Shown here piece by piece: positions 35,824 to 47,199 of a stretch of 64,000 nt of DNA. Position 1 is the first letter of the stretch. The number at the start of each line of letters is the position of its first letter. This DNA is from Stegostoma tigrinum (lineage: Eukaryota). Below the pieces are notes generated by a model that was not told where the DNA came from, made no database searches, and worked only from the letters and a program-made list of their open reading frames with translations. The position numbers were made by a program, and so were the translations under genes. The stretch is taken from positions 5,550,163 to 5,614,162 of the forward strand of contig NC_081394.1 in NCBI RefSeq assembly GCF_030684315.1. Direction: 5' to 3'.

Positions 35824-38800
35824 ATGCAGGTATTTACTGTCAGTGCCTGCCACCCGCGGACATGGAAGGAGGTAAATGCGGGGGAAAGCTTTCCGAGCAG
35901 TGAATGTGTCGGGAAAGGGGCTCACAGTGTTTTCTTGTTGCAGGGACATTGCTCACAGAAACCGCTCCCCCTGCTGCTCCTGCTGAGTGCTGTTTCTGCT
36001 GTTTCAGGTCAGTGCTGTGATCCTATCTGGTCCTGCCAAAATTTTATACGTTTCTAAAATCTTTTAAACTCCGATTAATGTATCGCAGGGAACCGTTAAT
36101 GATAAATAGAGCCATCCTGAACTTTGACCTTTCCACAGAAATGAAATGAAGCTGCGGTTGTTGTAATTTCAGCATCTCAATGTATCCATGTGAAGCTTGG
36201 GATGTAATGTACCAGCAGGGAGGTTATATCTGTGGATAAACACTTTCACTCTTTTGCAGGTGACTCGCCTGTGTCAGTTTCTGGGTTCGCTGGGGAGCAG
36301 GTTGTACTGCCCTGTATCTACAAAGGGAAAATCCCAGTCTCTGATTTACTGGTCATCTGGGGGAGACGCAAGACGGAAATTGTACACAAGTTTGTCTATG
36401 GAAATGATAATTTGAGAGAACAAGATACACAGTTCATAAACAGAACAAACCTGTTCAAAGATCAGCTGGAAAAAGGCAACTGGTCAGTTCTGATCTCTGA
36501 CCTTCAGAAGACAGACCAGGATGAGTATCAGTGCCAGATTTTCTGGAACACGACTGTAGGTGTATATTGGGAGCAAACTGAAATTGTTCATCTCTCAGTA
36601 AAAGGTGAGAGGTTTCTGTTTTAGGTATTGTGTATTTAATCTCTGATGCTATGGGGATAGCAGTGAAGGGGTTATGAGAAATGTGAAGACTTGGACTAAT
36701 AATCCAGAGAATAAAAATTCACATCCCACCATGGGACTTCCAGGGTTCAAATTCAGGGTATTAAATAAAAATCTGGAAAGAGAAAGAAGAAGAGTGACAG
36801 TGAAGATGTTGAATTGTTGTGAAACTAATCACTGACGACCCTTTAGGTAAGAACACTCCCAGCGTATGTTGCTGGATTACTGATTATTGTCCAAGATTCT
36901 ATAGACTCTGAAAGAGCTCCTATGGATTAGAGGGTAGCTAATGTAACCATACAATTTTTAAAAAGAGCAGGGAGAGAGAAAACAGGGAAATATAGACCGG
37001 TTAGCTTGGCATCTGTGGGGTACCACATGGCTTCAGTGCTTGAATCCCATGTATGCACACAATATATGAATGATTTAGATGAGGGTTTTAAGTTAATGTC
37101 TCAAAGGTTGCAGACAACACAAAGCTGGGTGGGAAGGTGAACTGTGAGGAGGATGCAGAGATGCTTCAGTGTGATTTGGATAAGTTGAGTGAGTGGGAAA
37201 ATGCTTGGCAGATGCAGATAATGTGGATAAATGTGAGGTCATTCACTTTGGAACCAAAAGCAGGGGGGCAGATAATTATCTGAACAGTGATAGATTGGGA
37301 AAGGGGGAGGTGCAACAAGACCTGGGTGTCCCTGTACACCAGTTGCTGAAGGTAAGCATAGCAGGTGGTGAAGAAGACAAATGGTACGTTGGCCTTCATA
37401 GTGACAGGAGTTGCGTACAGGAGCGGAGATGCCTTGCTACAATTGTACAAGGTCTTAGCGAGACCTGAGTTGGAAGAGCCTACCCCTGCTCCTGTATTTA
37501 AACCTGGTGTCCTTAACTAGTCTGTGTGACTCCAGTCTGACATTAACTGTGCTCTGACTTATTCAGAGCTTCAATCAGTTTCTGTTAAACCAGTAGAGAC
37601 GACAAAAACAATATAACTGAACTGACCCCGAGTTTGATTCAGGCCAAAACAAAGTCACACCAATATGTTATATAACCTGTATGTGCTATACTCAGAAATA
37701 TATATAAAAGACCTTCTGCCTCCAGAGGTTGGAGTGCAGAAGGTGCAAACTGAAGCGCCTTCAAGCAGCCTTTACATGACCCAGAGCACTGACTTGGAAA
37801 GTGTATCCCAGTTAGCCCAGGATCCTGTAACGATTCTCTGCACATGGAGATGTAAGCCGCTGGGAATGATCCTACCCAGGGAAACTCTAGAAACCTTCCA
37901 TTCTGCCCTTCACAGATAATGCAATCGTGTTGGAATTTTCACTTCCAATCCTGTTCCTGATCCCTTCTGATCAGTTTGACCCAAGCCTCATTCCTCCCTA
38001 AATGTGTTTCCCTAAAGCCTGATAGAATCTCTGAACATTTCTGTGGTTTGTTTCACACACCATACTAAACAGATGACTTTTTCTTTAGAGCGACCTCCTG
38101 CACCTGGACCGAACACACCTGTACCAGGTAAATCTGTTTCTAAACTACTGCATGTGTTGTCAGCACTCAGATTTGATCATGCTGGATAGACAGGGAGGAA
38201 CATTGGAAAGTTTGAAATGCTGTGTGGTATTTTCCCAAAGAATGACTCTGAGAATGAGTGGTGTGGGGCAGTGTTACCTGGAGTTGGTCCTTAAATTCCC
38301 TGGAATTTGTTATTTCAGTTTTTGAGGCCCCATCCTGTCTCTCAGATTGATTGTGTTCCACTATGCGTGACAATAAATCAGTGAAAAGCTGTGTTTCCGA
38401 GCAGTACAGGTAGATCATAGCAAGCAAAGCATGTACAGATCGAAAAGGTTTAGAGGAATACACGTTACATTGCAGGTTCCATTAATTGGGGCTGGAGCCT
38501 GTTCAACAGTCTGATAACGGCTGGAAAGCAGCTGTTCCTGAGCTGCTTGGACATGCGTTCAGGCTTCTGTATCTTCCGCCTGACAGAAGAGGTTGTAGGA
38601 AGTCATTACCAGGATGTTCTGGATCTTTGATGTTGGCTGCTTTTCTGTGGCCGTGAGCTGGTAAAAAATGGAGTCCGTGGATGGAGTGTTGGCTTCCATA
38701 ATGGTCTGGGCAGTGCACTCCACCTTCTGTAGTTTCTTATGTTTGTGGGCAGAGCAGTTGCCATACCAGGCCATAATGCACCCAGAGAATATGCTTTCAA

Positions 38801-41508
38801 TGCTGCATCTGTCGAAGTTGGTGAGGGACCTAATGGATATGTCAGATTTCCTGAGGGGGGCCCCCCCCTCCCCCTTGGTTTTCCTTCTTGACTGCCACAT
38901 CTTCATGGGAAGTCCAGGACAGGTCGTCCATTATCATCACTCTGAGGAACATCATGCTCTTCATCCTCTCACCCTCGGCACTGTTGATGTAGAGGGGGTT
39001 CTTACTGAAGTCGATAACCAGTTCTTTGGTTTTGCCAACGTTGAAAGAAGGACGTGTTTTCATTGCACCCCGTGACCAATCCTTCCATCTCCCTTCTGTA
39101 TTTTGGCACGTTCTTCTGAGATATCCGTTCCACTACAGTGGTATCGGCAGCAAACTTGCAGATGGCATTCATTCGGAATTTGGCAACAGAAGCATAGGTG
39201 TGCAGGGAATACAGCAGGGGCCTAAGGATACAACTTTGGGGTGGGGATGTTGGCTGATCTTTTGTTGTTAATGTTACTAGACAAGTAATCCAGAGACCTG
39301 GACTAAAAATCCAGAGAATTAGAGTTCAAGTCCCACTATGGCACTTCTAAAATTTAAATTTAATTTACGAATGAACAATTTGGAAATAGGAAGTTGGTCG
39401 CAATAAAAGTGACCATGAAGCTGTTGGGTTGTTGTAAAACCCCAACTGGATCACTCATGTCCCTTTAGGGAAGGAAATCTGCCATCCTTACCCGGTCTGA
39501 TCCATATGTGACGCCAGTTCCACACTGAACTGGGGGATTTTTAATTGCCCTCTTTAATTGTCTGAGCATATCAATCAGTTTGTATCAAACTCCTGGACAG
39601 GAAAATCCACAATAAAACGAGCAGATCACTGGCTGTGAGCCAGTCATTGAATCAGGACACAGCAAAGACACACCCAGCCAAGCTGACTCTGCAAAGTGCC
39701 CCTCACTCCAGTCTGGAGACTGGGGTCCAACTTGGGAGACTGTGGGACGTAGACACACTGACAGAAATAACACCCCATCACCACCTTTGGTTCAAACTAA
39801 AATAAGCTCAGCAGATGCTGGTCAAGGTCCAGTTCTTTCTATTGGAAAGAGTGTCTTGATCCCTTTGTGTGTGAGTGAGAGCGAGAGATTATCCCAGGGA
39901 TCTGTTTGCACTGGGGCTCGTTCTGAAACATTATATGCTACAGTCTTGTTGTTAGATTTGTTTGTCTCTCTCAGTCTGCTCATGTCTTCATTCTGTCTGT
40001 AGGTCCTGGAATCTCCACTGGAGCAAGAGTTGGATTGGGAATCGGGATTGTTGCTTTTTTTGTTGTTGCTGTTGGAATCATGGTTTACATCATTCAAAAA
40101 AGGTGGGGAATTCTGGAATGTTCCATAATTTCCATCTTAGCTCTTTTATCTTTGTTTAGCACTGTGTGGATGTTGCTGAGCTCTGCCCCTGTCCATTTCC
40201 TAAGCTGTGAGGATGCTTCAATCCAGCCTGTCATTGAGCAGCATCACCCAGTCACTTCCAGCTTGTCATCCTCTTGATGCTGAGCAGTCCCCTTGGATTG
40301 GAAAGGAGCAAATATTATCCCACTGGACAACCAGAGGATGGGAAATATATTGGGAATGTCTGGAGGTATTTTCAAAGATGCCACACAATAGCATGTTGTA
40401 CAAGATGAGGATTCAGGGGACTGCAGGGGTAATATAGCATAAACTGAGGATTGGTTAATGGCCAGGAACAGAGCAGGATCATGGCCTAGACCTGAAACTT
40501 CAGCTTTCCTGCTCCTCTGCTGCTTGGCCTCCTGTGTTCATCCAGCTCTACACCTTGTTATCACAGAGCAGGATCAAATGGGTCATTTCCAGTTGTCAGG
40601 ATGTAACTAGTGCTGCGAGGTTCAGTGCAGGGACCTCAGTGACGCACAATCTATATCAGGGACTGAAATGAAGGGATAGATTGGAATTATCTGAGTTTGC
40701 TGATGATACAAAGCTCAGTCGGAAAGTAAGCTTGACGGAGGACGGAGGAGGCAAACAGGAATAAAATGGTTTATGTTTGTACTCCTCCATGTGGCTGTGG
40801 GTGCTCCATTGTTAAATCTATTTCAGACTGAGATGGACAGATTTGTGAATTCCCATTCTTTTTTTACCAAATCCCTCCATGGCTCAGCCCTCCCAATCTG
40901 TACCCAGCTTCAGCTGTACAGCCCTCCGATCTCTGTGCCCATGTATCCCTGCTATTTCTATTGCTTCTCCTTCGTGGCTGTGCCTTCAGCTGCCTGGCTC
41001 TGAAATTCTGTAATTGCTGATCGAACCCCTTTGTGTTTCCCTCCCTCTTTGTCCCTCTGTTTCTAACTCTTCCTCCCAACTCCAGCCTTAGTCGATCATC
41101 AAAATCTACCTCCCTGCCTGAATGTGCTCCACACAAAGACAGTTTTTTAAAAAAATCATTCCTGTGTTCAATGTTGAAGGTGCTATACAAATGCAAGTTG
41201 TTGTTGGTCATTCTCCTGCCATTTGTTAGCCTCCCCCTTAACCAGGGCATCAGCGCATTCAGTGCTCCATCACCGTACAGTTCCTCTCACCCATTTTCCA
41301 GCTGCCGTTGGTCCCCAGGATGTGAGTGTCATTTAATGAGTCTGTCCTCCTGAACAGCTCATTTGCACTTGTCCAATGTTGGATTCTTTTAAATTGCATT
41401 CTGCTGGTTTCTCTCTCTCCTAGGAAATGTGTTCAAAACAGACACTCCAGCAATCAAAATGAAGCATCGAATGATGTCTCTTTGACAGAGGTGACCCTGT
41501 TCAGGTGA
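35824..41508 (+). CDS. Gene C: B7/butyrophilin-family (CD276/VTCN1/ICOSL-like) single-IgV type-I membrane protein, about 212 aa; exons 35824-35829, 35944-36007, 36260-36604, 38089-38127, 40003-40102, 41424-41508
   Basis: MQ|GHCSQKPLPLLLLLSAVSAVS|GDSPVSVSGFAGEQVVLPCIYKGKIPVSDLLVIW..QDTQFINRTNLFKDQLEKGNWSVLISDLQKTDQDEYQCQIFW..VHLSVK|ERPPAPGPNTPVP|GPGISTGARVGLGIGIVAFFVVAVGIMVYIIQK|RKCVQNRHSSNQNEASNDVSLTEVTLFR*; all GT-AG with compatible phases, 639 nt; an in-frame upstream ATG exists at 35731. Confidence 0.85.
36260..36604 (+). CDS. IgV exon of gene C (B7/BTN-type V domain)
   Basis: 345-nt phase 1-1 exon; B-strand Cys (LPC), C-strand Trp (VIW), D-x-x-x-Y-x-C; NRTNLFKDQLEKGNWSVLI matches the B7/BTN RT.LF..QL..GN.SL.I signature; sequons NRT, NWS, NTT. 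Confidence 0.93.
36860..37470 (+). mobile_element. CR1-like LINE fragments in the intron of gene C
   Basis: IYMNDLDEG..KVADNTKLGGKVNCEEDAEMLQCDLDKLSEW..NVDKCEVIHFG. Confidence 0.85.
38460..39240 (-). mobile_element. Rex1/Babar-like LINE 3' fragment
   Basis: NVGKTKELVIDF..LTNFDRCSIESIFSGCIMAWYGNCSAHKHKKLQKVECTAQTI. Confidence 0.75.
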
Positions 41509-43689
41509 AGCGCAGAGCCTTGTGCCAACAGCATCTGAGCATCTAGATCAAGCAGCTGGGGAACAAAAACTTTTGGGGAACGGGGCTGTCCAGCATTAAC
41601 CGAGTTTCCACTGCACTGAGCCTGGCTCAGGGAGGGGGATCTCAGCCCAGTGCTGTGGTGATCGAGTGATTGCTGGTGCAAAGTCTGAGCTCAGGAGTGG
41701 AATAAACAGTCGATTCCTACATTGCACAAAACCCTCTGAGCAGCACCATCTCAGGAGGGAAACTCCCACTGGAAGTGTTAGTTCTTTCCTGAAACAACTT
41801 TATCACTATTTCATCCTCAGCTTAAAATCTCAGACTGTGTCCAAACTCACTCTCAGGAACGGACAGGACCACCTTTAACTGAGTAACTCATTGATTGCTA
41901 CCTGAGAGGTTAAAAATGTCTAAACTGTCATTGAGTGTGTTGAAACATCAGGAAGTTTCTGAATTAATTTTGTTCTCGGTGTGTGTAATGCTCACAGTGC
42001 CCCATTTGTTGTCCATCTCAACTTGACTTAGTGCAGGCCTTATAGTGATGGTGCTCCCACAGTGGGGTACATGGGAAGAGCTTTCAGAAACTGTCTCTGC
42101 TGCATTATCTACTGGGAAAAGCTAGGAACTACTGCATTACCAGCAACTGTTTCATTTCCGGAATTCTGATTCTCAATGGTTGACAGATTGCAAATACATC
42201 TAGCCAAATGCAAGCACTTTATATTCAACAGTAAATTAAATAAATTAGACAACAAATTGTAAATATTATTTATCTCCTGTATTATTGTTCCTTTTCTATA
42301 TGTATTGTTTTCTCCAGTGTATGATCGAAAGGAAGTTGGCATGGATATGTATATCATGAATGTAGAACTGAGAATAATTCTAACCAATGCCCAGCAAACA
42401 GCTTGAAAAGCAGAAAACAAACCACAAGAGTTGAAAACACTTTCAGTGACTGACACTGCAGGTCACCCACAAAACTCCAGGTGCTGCTTGAACAACCTGA
42501 CTCTCTCTCACTCGCTCCAAAACAGACCAAAGAAATTGTTTCAACTCAGTGTTACAGATTCAGCAACAACATTTCACTGTCAGTGTCAACTATTCCCCGA
42601 GATACAGCTTGAATCTTCTCCCCATTTCTGTTTCCCTCCCTGTCTCCTGCTCAGCGCCCCTCTGCCTGTGCCCCCCTCCCTCCCACCACAGTTGTTTCCT
42701 TTCCCCAGCTCTTCATATCCCAGCACAACGTGTCTTTAGGAAGCAGACTCTCCCCATTCTGTCTCACTCTGCCCCTTGTTTCTCCCTCTCTCTCTGGAAT
42801 AATCCTGCAGTTTATGAACACACACGCACATACAAACGAGATTTCCTCCTTCTGGCATTCGAGAAAACCCAGATACTTCCAAGATCATTTCTCCAAACAT
42901 TTTCCTGACTCCTGCCCAAGTTTCTGTTTTTGCTTCCCATTAGGTCTTTTCCTTCTCTGGCAATTCCCGGAGATCCCAGCTTTTATTTTGTCTTCAAGCA
43001 CTCCATTAATCTTGTTGTCTTCTCCTTCATGAAGTTTAAATGTTAACATCTTGGCTCCCTAGCTGAGGGGCATATCTCTATTCCATGTCCCACTTCTCAG
43101 TGCCCAGTGCCTTGTGTGGCCTCTCCTTTTCTTTCCATCCCTTTCCCTGTCCCTGGCCCATGGTGACTCCCCCCTCACTTTCTCTCACATACATACACTT
43201 ACCCTCGATTTACCCCCATCCCGGGGAATTGGGCCTACGGGCCATGTGCAGGCTTAGTCCAGCTAGCTGCTCAGAGCACACCCCTCCCCTGAACTGCCTC
43301 TTCGTCGTTCCCCTCCTCCACCACCCTCGTGTGGAGCTGCCGTCTAAGAATTTTGCCACAGCTGCTCAATAAAGCGCTCCCTCCAAACTCCATCTTGGTG
43401 GGTCTGCTCAATGTGTCTTCTGGCACCTAGCAAACTCCCCGCTGATCCCCCAAACCCACACGCCACGCCACCCACCCCAATTCATGTTCCCCACCACTGC
43501 AGCAATAGAAAGAAGAAAAGATGAACTTGTTTCAAAAGTTGAATGAATAAAACAAAAAGGATATGGTTGTCCATGTGAGGCAGAATGGACAGGTCCGGGA
43601 ACCCAACACATTCTATCCCACTGCCTCTGACATCTTGAAGCATAAAACATCCTGGTAAACCACCTAGACAACTGTAACTCTTAAACAAA

Positions 43690-45005
43690 CATGAAGCTGG
43701 GTAAATCCCCGGGACCTGATCAGGTTTACCCCAGAACTTTGTGGGAAGGCATGCAAGTGATTGCTGGGCCCTTACTGAGATATTTCTATCATTGATACCC
43801 ACAAGTGAGATGTCAGAAGACTGGAGGTTGGCTGACGTAATGCCATTATTTAAGAAAGTTGGTAAGGAAAAGACATGGAATTAGATCAGTGTGCCTAGCA
43901 TCTGTGATGAGTAAGTTGTTGGAGGAGATTCTGAGGGACAGGATTTGCATGTATATGGAAAGGTAAAGACTGATTACGGATAGTCAAGATAGCTTTTGCA
44001 TGGGAAGTTATGCCTCATTTGAGTTTTGAATCTGTGCAAAAGAGGATTGATGAAGGTGGATGTTGTCGATATGGACTTCAGTAAGGTGGTCCCCAAAGTT
44101 CCACATGGTAGACTAGTTAACCAGATTAAGTCACATGGAATAGAGGGAGAACTAGCCATGTAGATACAAAATTGGCTCAAAGGTGGGAGATAGAGGGAGT
44201 TGGGGGTGTTGGTGGTGATGGAGGAGGGTTGCTTTTCAGACTCGAGGCCTGTGTACGGCAAAACCATTTTGACAAAATGCTTTTTGTCATTTATATGAAT
44301 GATTTGAATGCGAATAAAGGAGATATGGTTAGTAGATTTGCAGATGCCACCAAAATTGGCAGTGTATTGAACAGCCAGGAAGGTTGCCTCAGAGTACAAT
44401 GGGGCCTTGATCAGATGGGCCGATGGGCTGAGGAGTGGCAGATTGAATTTTATCTTGATAAATGTGATGTGCTACATTTTGGAAAGGCAAATCAGGGCAG
44501 GACTTACACACATAAAGGCGAGATCCTGAGAGTAATGCTGAAAGTGGAGTCACGCATAGACAGAATAGTGAAGAAGGCGTTTTGTTATGCTTATCTTAAT
44601 TGGTCAGTGCATTGACTATAGGAGTTAAGTGGTCATTTTGTGGGACATTGGTTAGAACACTTTTGAAATATTGCATTCAATTTTGGTCTCTCTACTATAG
44701 GACAAATGTTGTGTAACTTGAAAGGATTCAAAAATGATTTACAAGAATGTTGCCAGTGTTGGAGGGTTTGAGGCACAGGGAGAAGTAGGCTGGGGACAGT
44801 TTCCCTGGAGAGTCGGAGGGTGAGGTGTGACATGACAGAAGTTTATAAAATCATGAGGGGCATGGATATGGTGAATAGTCAGGGTATTTGCCCACCTTAG
44901 GGAAGTCCAAATCTGGTGCCTAGGTTTAAGGTGAGTGGGGAAATATCTTAAAGGGACCTAAGAGGGGAGTTTTCCACACAGAGGGTAGTGTGTATGAGGA
45001 ATGAA
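43690..45005 (+). mobile_element. CR1-like LINE ORF2 RT, decayed
   Basis: DVVDMDFSKV..LFVIYMNDL..SRFADATKIG..LQ-like VQWGLDQMGRWAEEWQIEF..KCDVLHFG. Confidence 0.9.
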
Positions 45006-45570
45006 CTTTTATACCCAATGCCCTATTTGATTAAGGCAACCGTGCCATCTGCTTTCTTGACCACTTATCCACTTGTGTTGACGCTTTCAGGGAACTGTTG
45101 ACCTGTATGCCTAGATTTCCTTCTATATTAATGCTACTAAGGGATCTAACCATTTACTGTAGACCCCACCCTCCAGTAGGTCTCCTTAAATGTAGCATCT
45201 CATATTTTTCTGGATTAAACTCCACCTCCCATTCCTCTGCTGAAATCTCCAGTTTATGTCTATCTTGCTGCATTCTCTGGCAATGCTCCTGACTATCCTC
45301 AGCTCTCCCCAGTCTTAACGTTGAGAGCAAACTTACTAATCAGACTACCTATATTCTCCACCATTCTCGATATCATTTATATATATTACAAACAACAGAG
45401 GACCCTTCGTTGAGCCTCGTGGAACACCAGTGGTCACAGATCTCCTGTCTGAAAATCATCATTCCACTGCAATGACGAAGCCAGTTCTGTGGTGTATCCA
45501 TCTTATCAGCTCTCTGCAGATCCCATGTGACTTCATCTTCCGCATCAGGTTGCAATGAGGGACTTTGTTC
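45005..45570 (-). mobile_element. CR1-like LINE fragment (opposite orientation)
   Basis: Reverse complement of RT-region sequence (TTTATATATATTACAAACAACAGAGGACCC..GGAACACCAGTGGTCACAG). Confidence 0.7.
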
Positions 45571-47199
45571 AAAGGAGAAAACACAGTTAACGTTTCCTCA
45601 GAACTAGGGAAGGGTCGCCGGACCCGAAATGTTAACTCTGTTTTCTCTTCACAGATGCTGCCAGACCTGCTGAGCTTTTCCAGTAACTTTGTTTTTGTTC
45701 CTGATTTACAGCATCCGCAGTTCTTTTGGCTTTGACTTTGTTCAAAGCCAAGCTGAAGCCCGTATCGCCAACATCTACCAGCCTGTGCTCACCAATCACC
45801 TTTCCCACTTTCTCAAAAAGAAACTGAATCAAGTGAAGGAAGGGTGGGACTTAAATCCTGAGTCTCGTTTCTCTGTGAAAGGGCTTCAAACAAGTAGAAC
45901 CGCTGAAGCTGGAGTCAGAGATAACACAGTGTGGAGCAGCAGGAGCACAGCCGGTCAGGCAGCATCATTTCTGAAGAAGGGCCCCGACCCGAAACGTCAA
46001 CTTTCCGGATGCTGTCTGACGGGCTGTGCTCCTCCAGCTCCACACTGAGGTGAACTCAAGAGTCTGATTCCTGTATTAAAGGGGAAAGCCCGCAGATGGC
46101 AGTGTTGTCCGCTCCGAACAGACATTGAATAACACCGCCACCAGGTGAGCAGAGCGTGGTATTGCAAGGAGACCTTGGAACAATTTACACACAGACTTGC
46201 ATTTCTACGCAGCGCTTCAGGACTATAGAAGGTTCCAAAGTCGTTTGCACCCATGAAATAAAAGGTGTTTTGAAATGAATGTCGCTACCAATACAAAGGC
46301 TGAAGGCTCCCAAAAAATCTGGGTCAGGGCCAAAACAGATCACCCGTATTTATTCATGGCCGTTCAAGAATAAATATTGAGTCAATGTCTCCAGTGAAAA
46401 CAAACTCCAAATATCTTCCAGATCGTGGCCAAAGGATTTTTCTCATTCCCCTGAAGAACAGACAGGGCTTCCTTTCAAAGTTTCTTTCAAACAACTGTAT
46501 GCCCAAAATAGCAGCAATCTGACCCTTTGACCTCTCTGACATTCCGGTACTCTCCGCACTGCACTGGGATGCCCACTGCTGAACCACTGTCAGAATTTAC
46601 TGTAGTCATCTGGAATTGGATTAATGCAGTCCTGAACCGGATTGGAGGAGAGGTCAACATGTTTTCGTAAATAAACGGTGGAGATTTTTGATTCAGTGTG
46701 AATTACAGGACATGGCAATCAGGCATGATGGTGGCTTTGAGGGGGAAGATTAGACATGATCATATTGAATGGGCAACGAGTTTAATGGGTCAAATTGCCT
46801 CCTTCTACTCTATACCTTCTTAAAATGTATATTTGCAGCACAGGATGGACAATCTGTCTACTCACAAGCCATGTCAGAAGTTATGTCCAAAATAAGGAAA
46901 TTATCCACTGCAGGTTGAAACCTTAAAATCGGTTACTGATGTCCTGGAGAAAGAGATGTAGGATAGGGTGAGAGCCGAACTAGACCAAAGAAATTTCCAC
47001 ATCTCCTACAAAAAGACAGTGGGAGCCAGTTCTCATGTGGGTGCTCACAGTTCACACCTTTGGTTTGGAGCAAGCCAGTGAGTGAAATGAGATGTCGTTT
47101 CAGGTCAGAATAAGTTCAAGCAGGCAGAGAAAGATGGTGATGGAGATTGGACGGAAACTGATAGTGACAGAGAATGCAGACAGTAAGGACTGCATGTGC

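Noticed and set aside
35527-35949. 140-aa minus-strand ORF resembling the ORF at 34516-34752
   Set aside because: Antisense shadow of the duplicated exon 1 and intron 1 of genes C and B
36260-36604. Rearranging antigen-receptor V segment (Ig/TCR/IgNAR)
   Set aside because: The exon includes its own G strand and ends in a splice donor; no CACAGTG/ACAAAAACC recombination signal follows; sequence signature is B7/BTN-like
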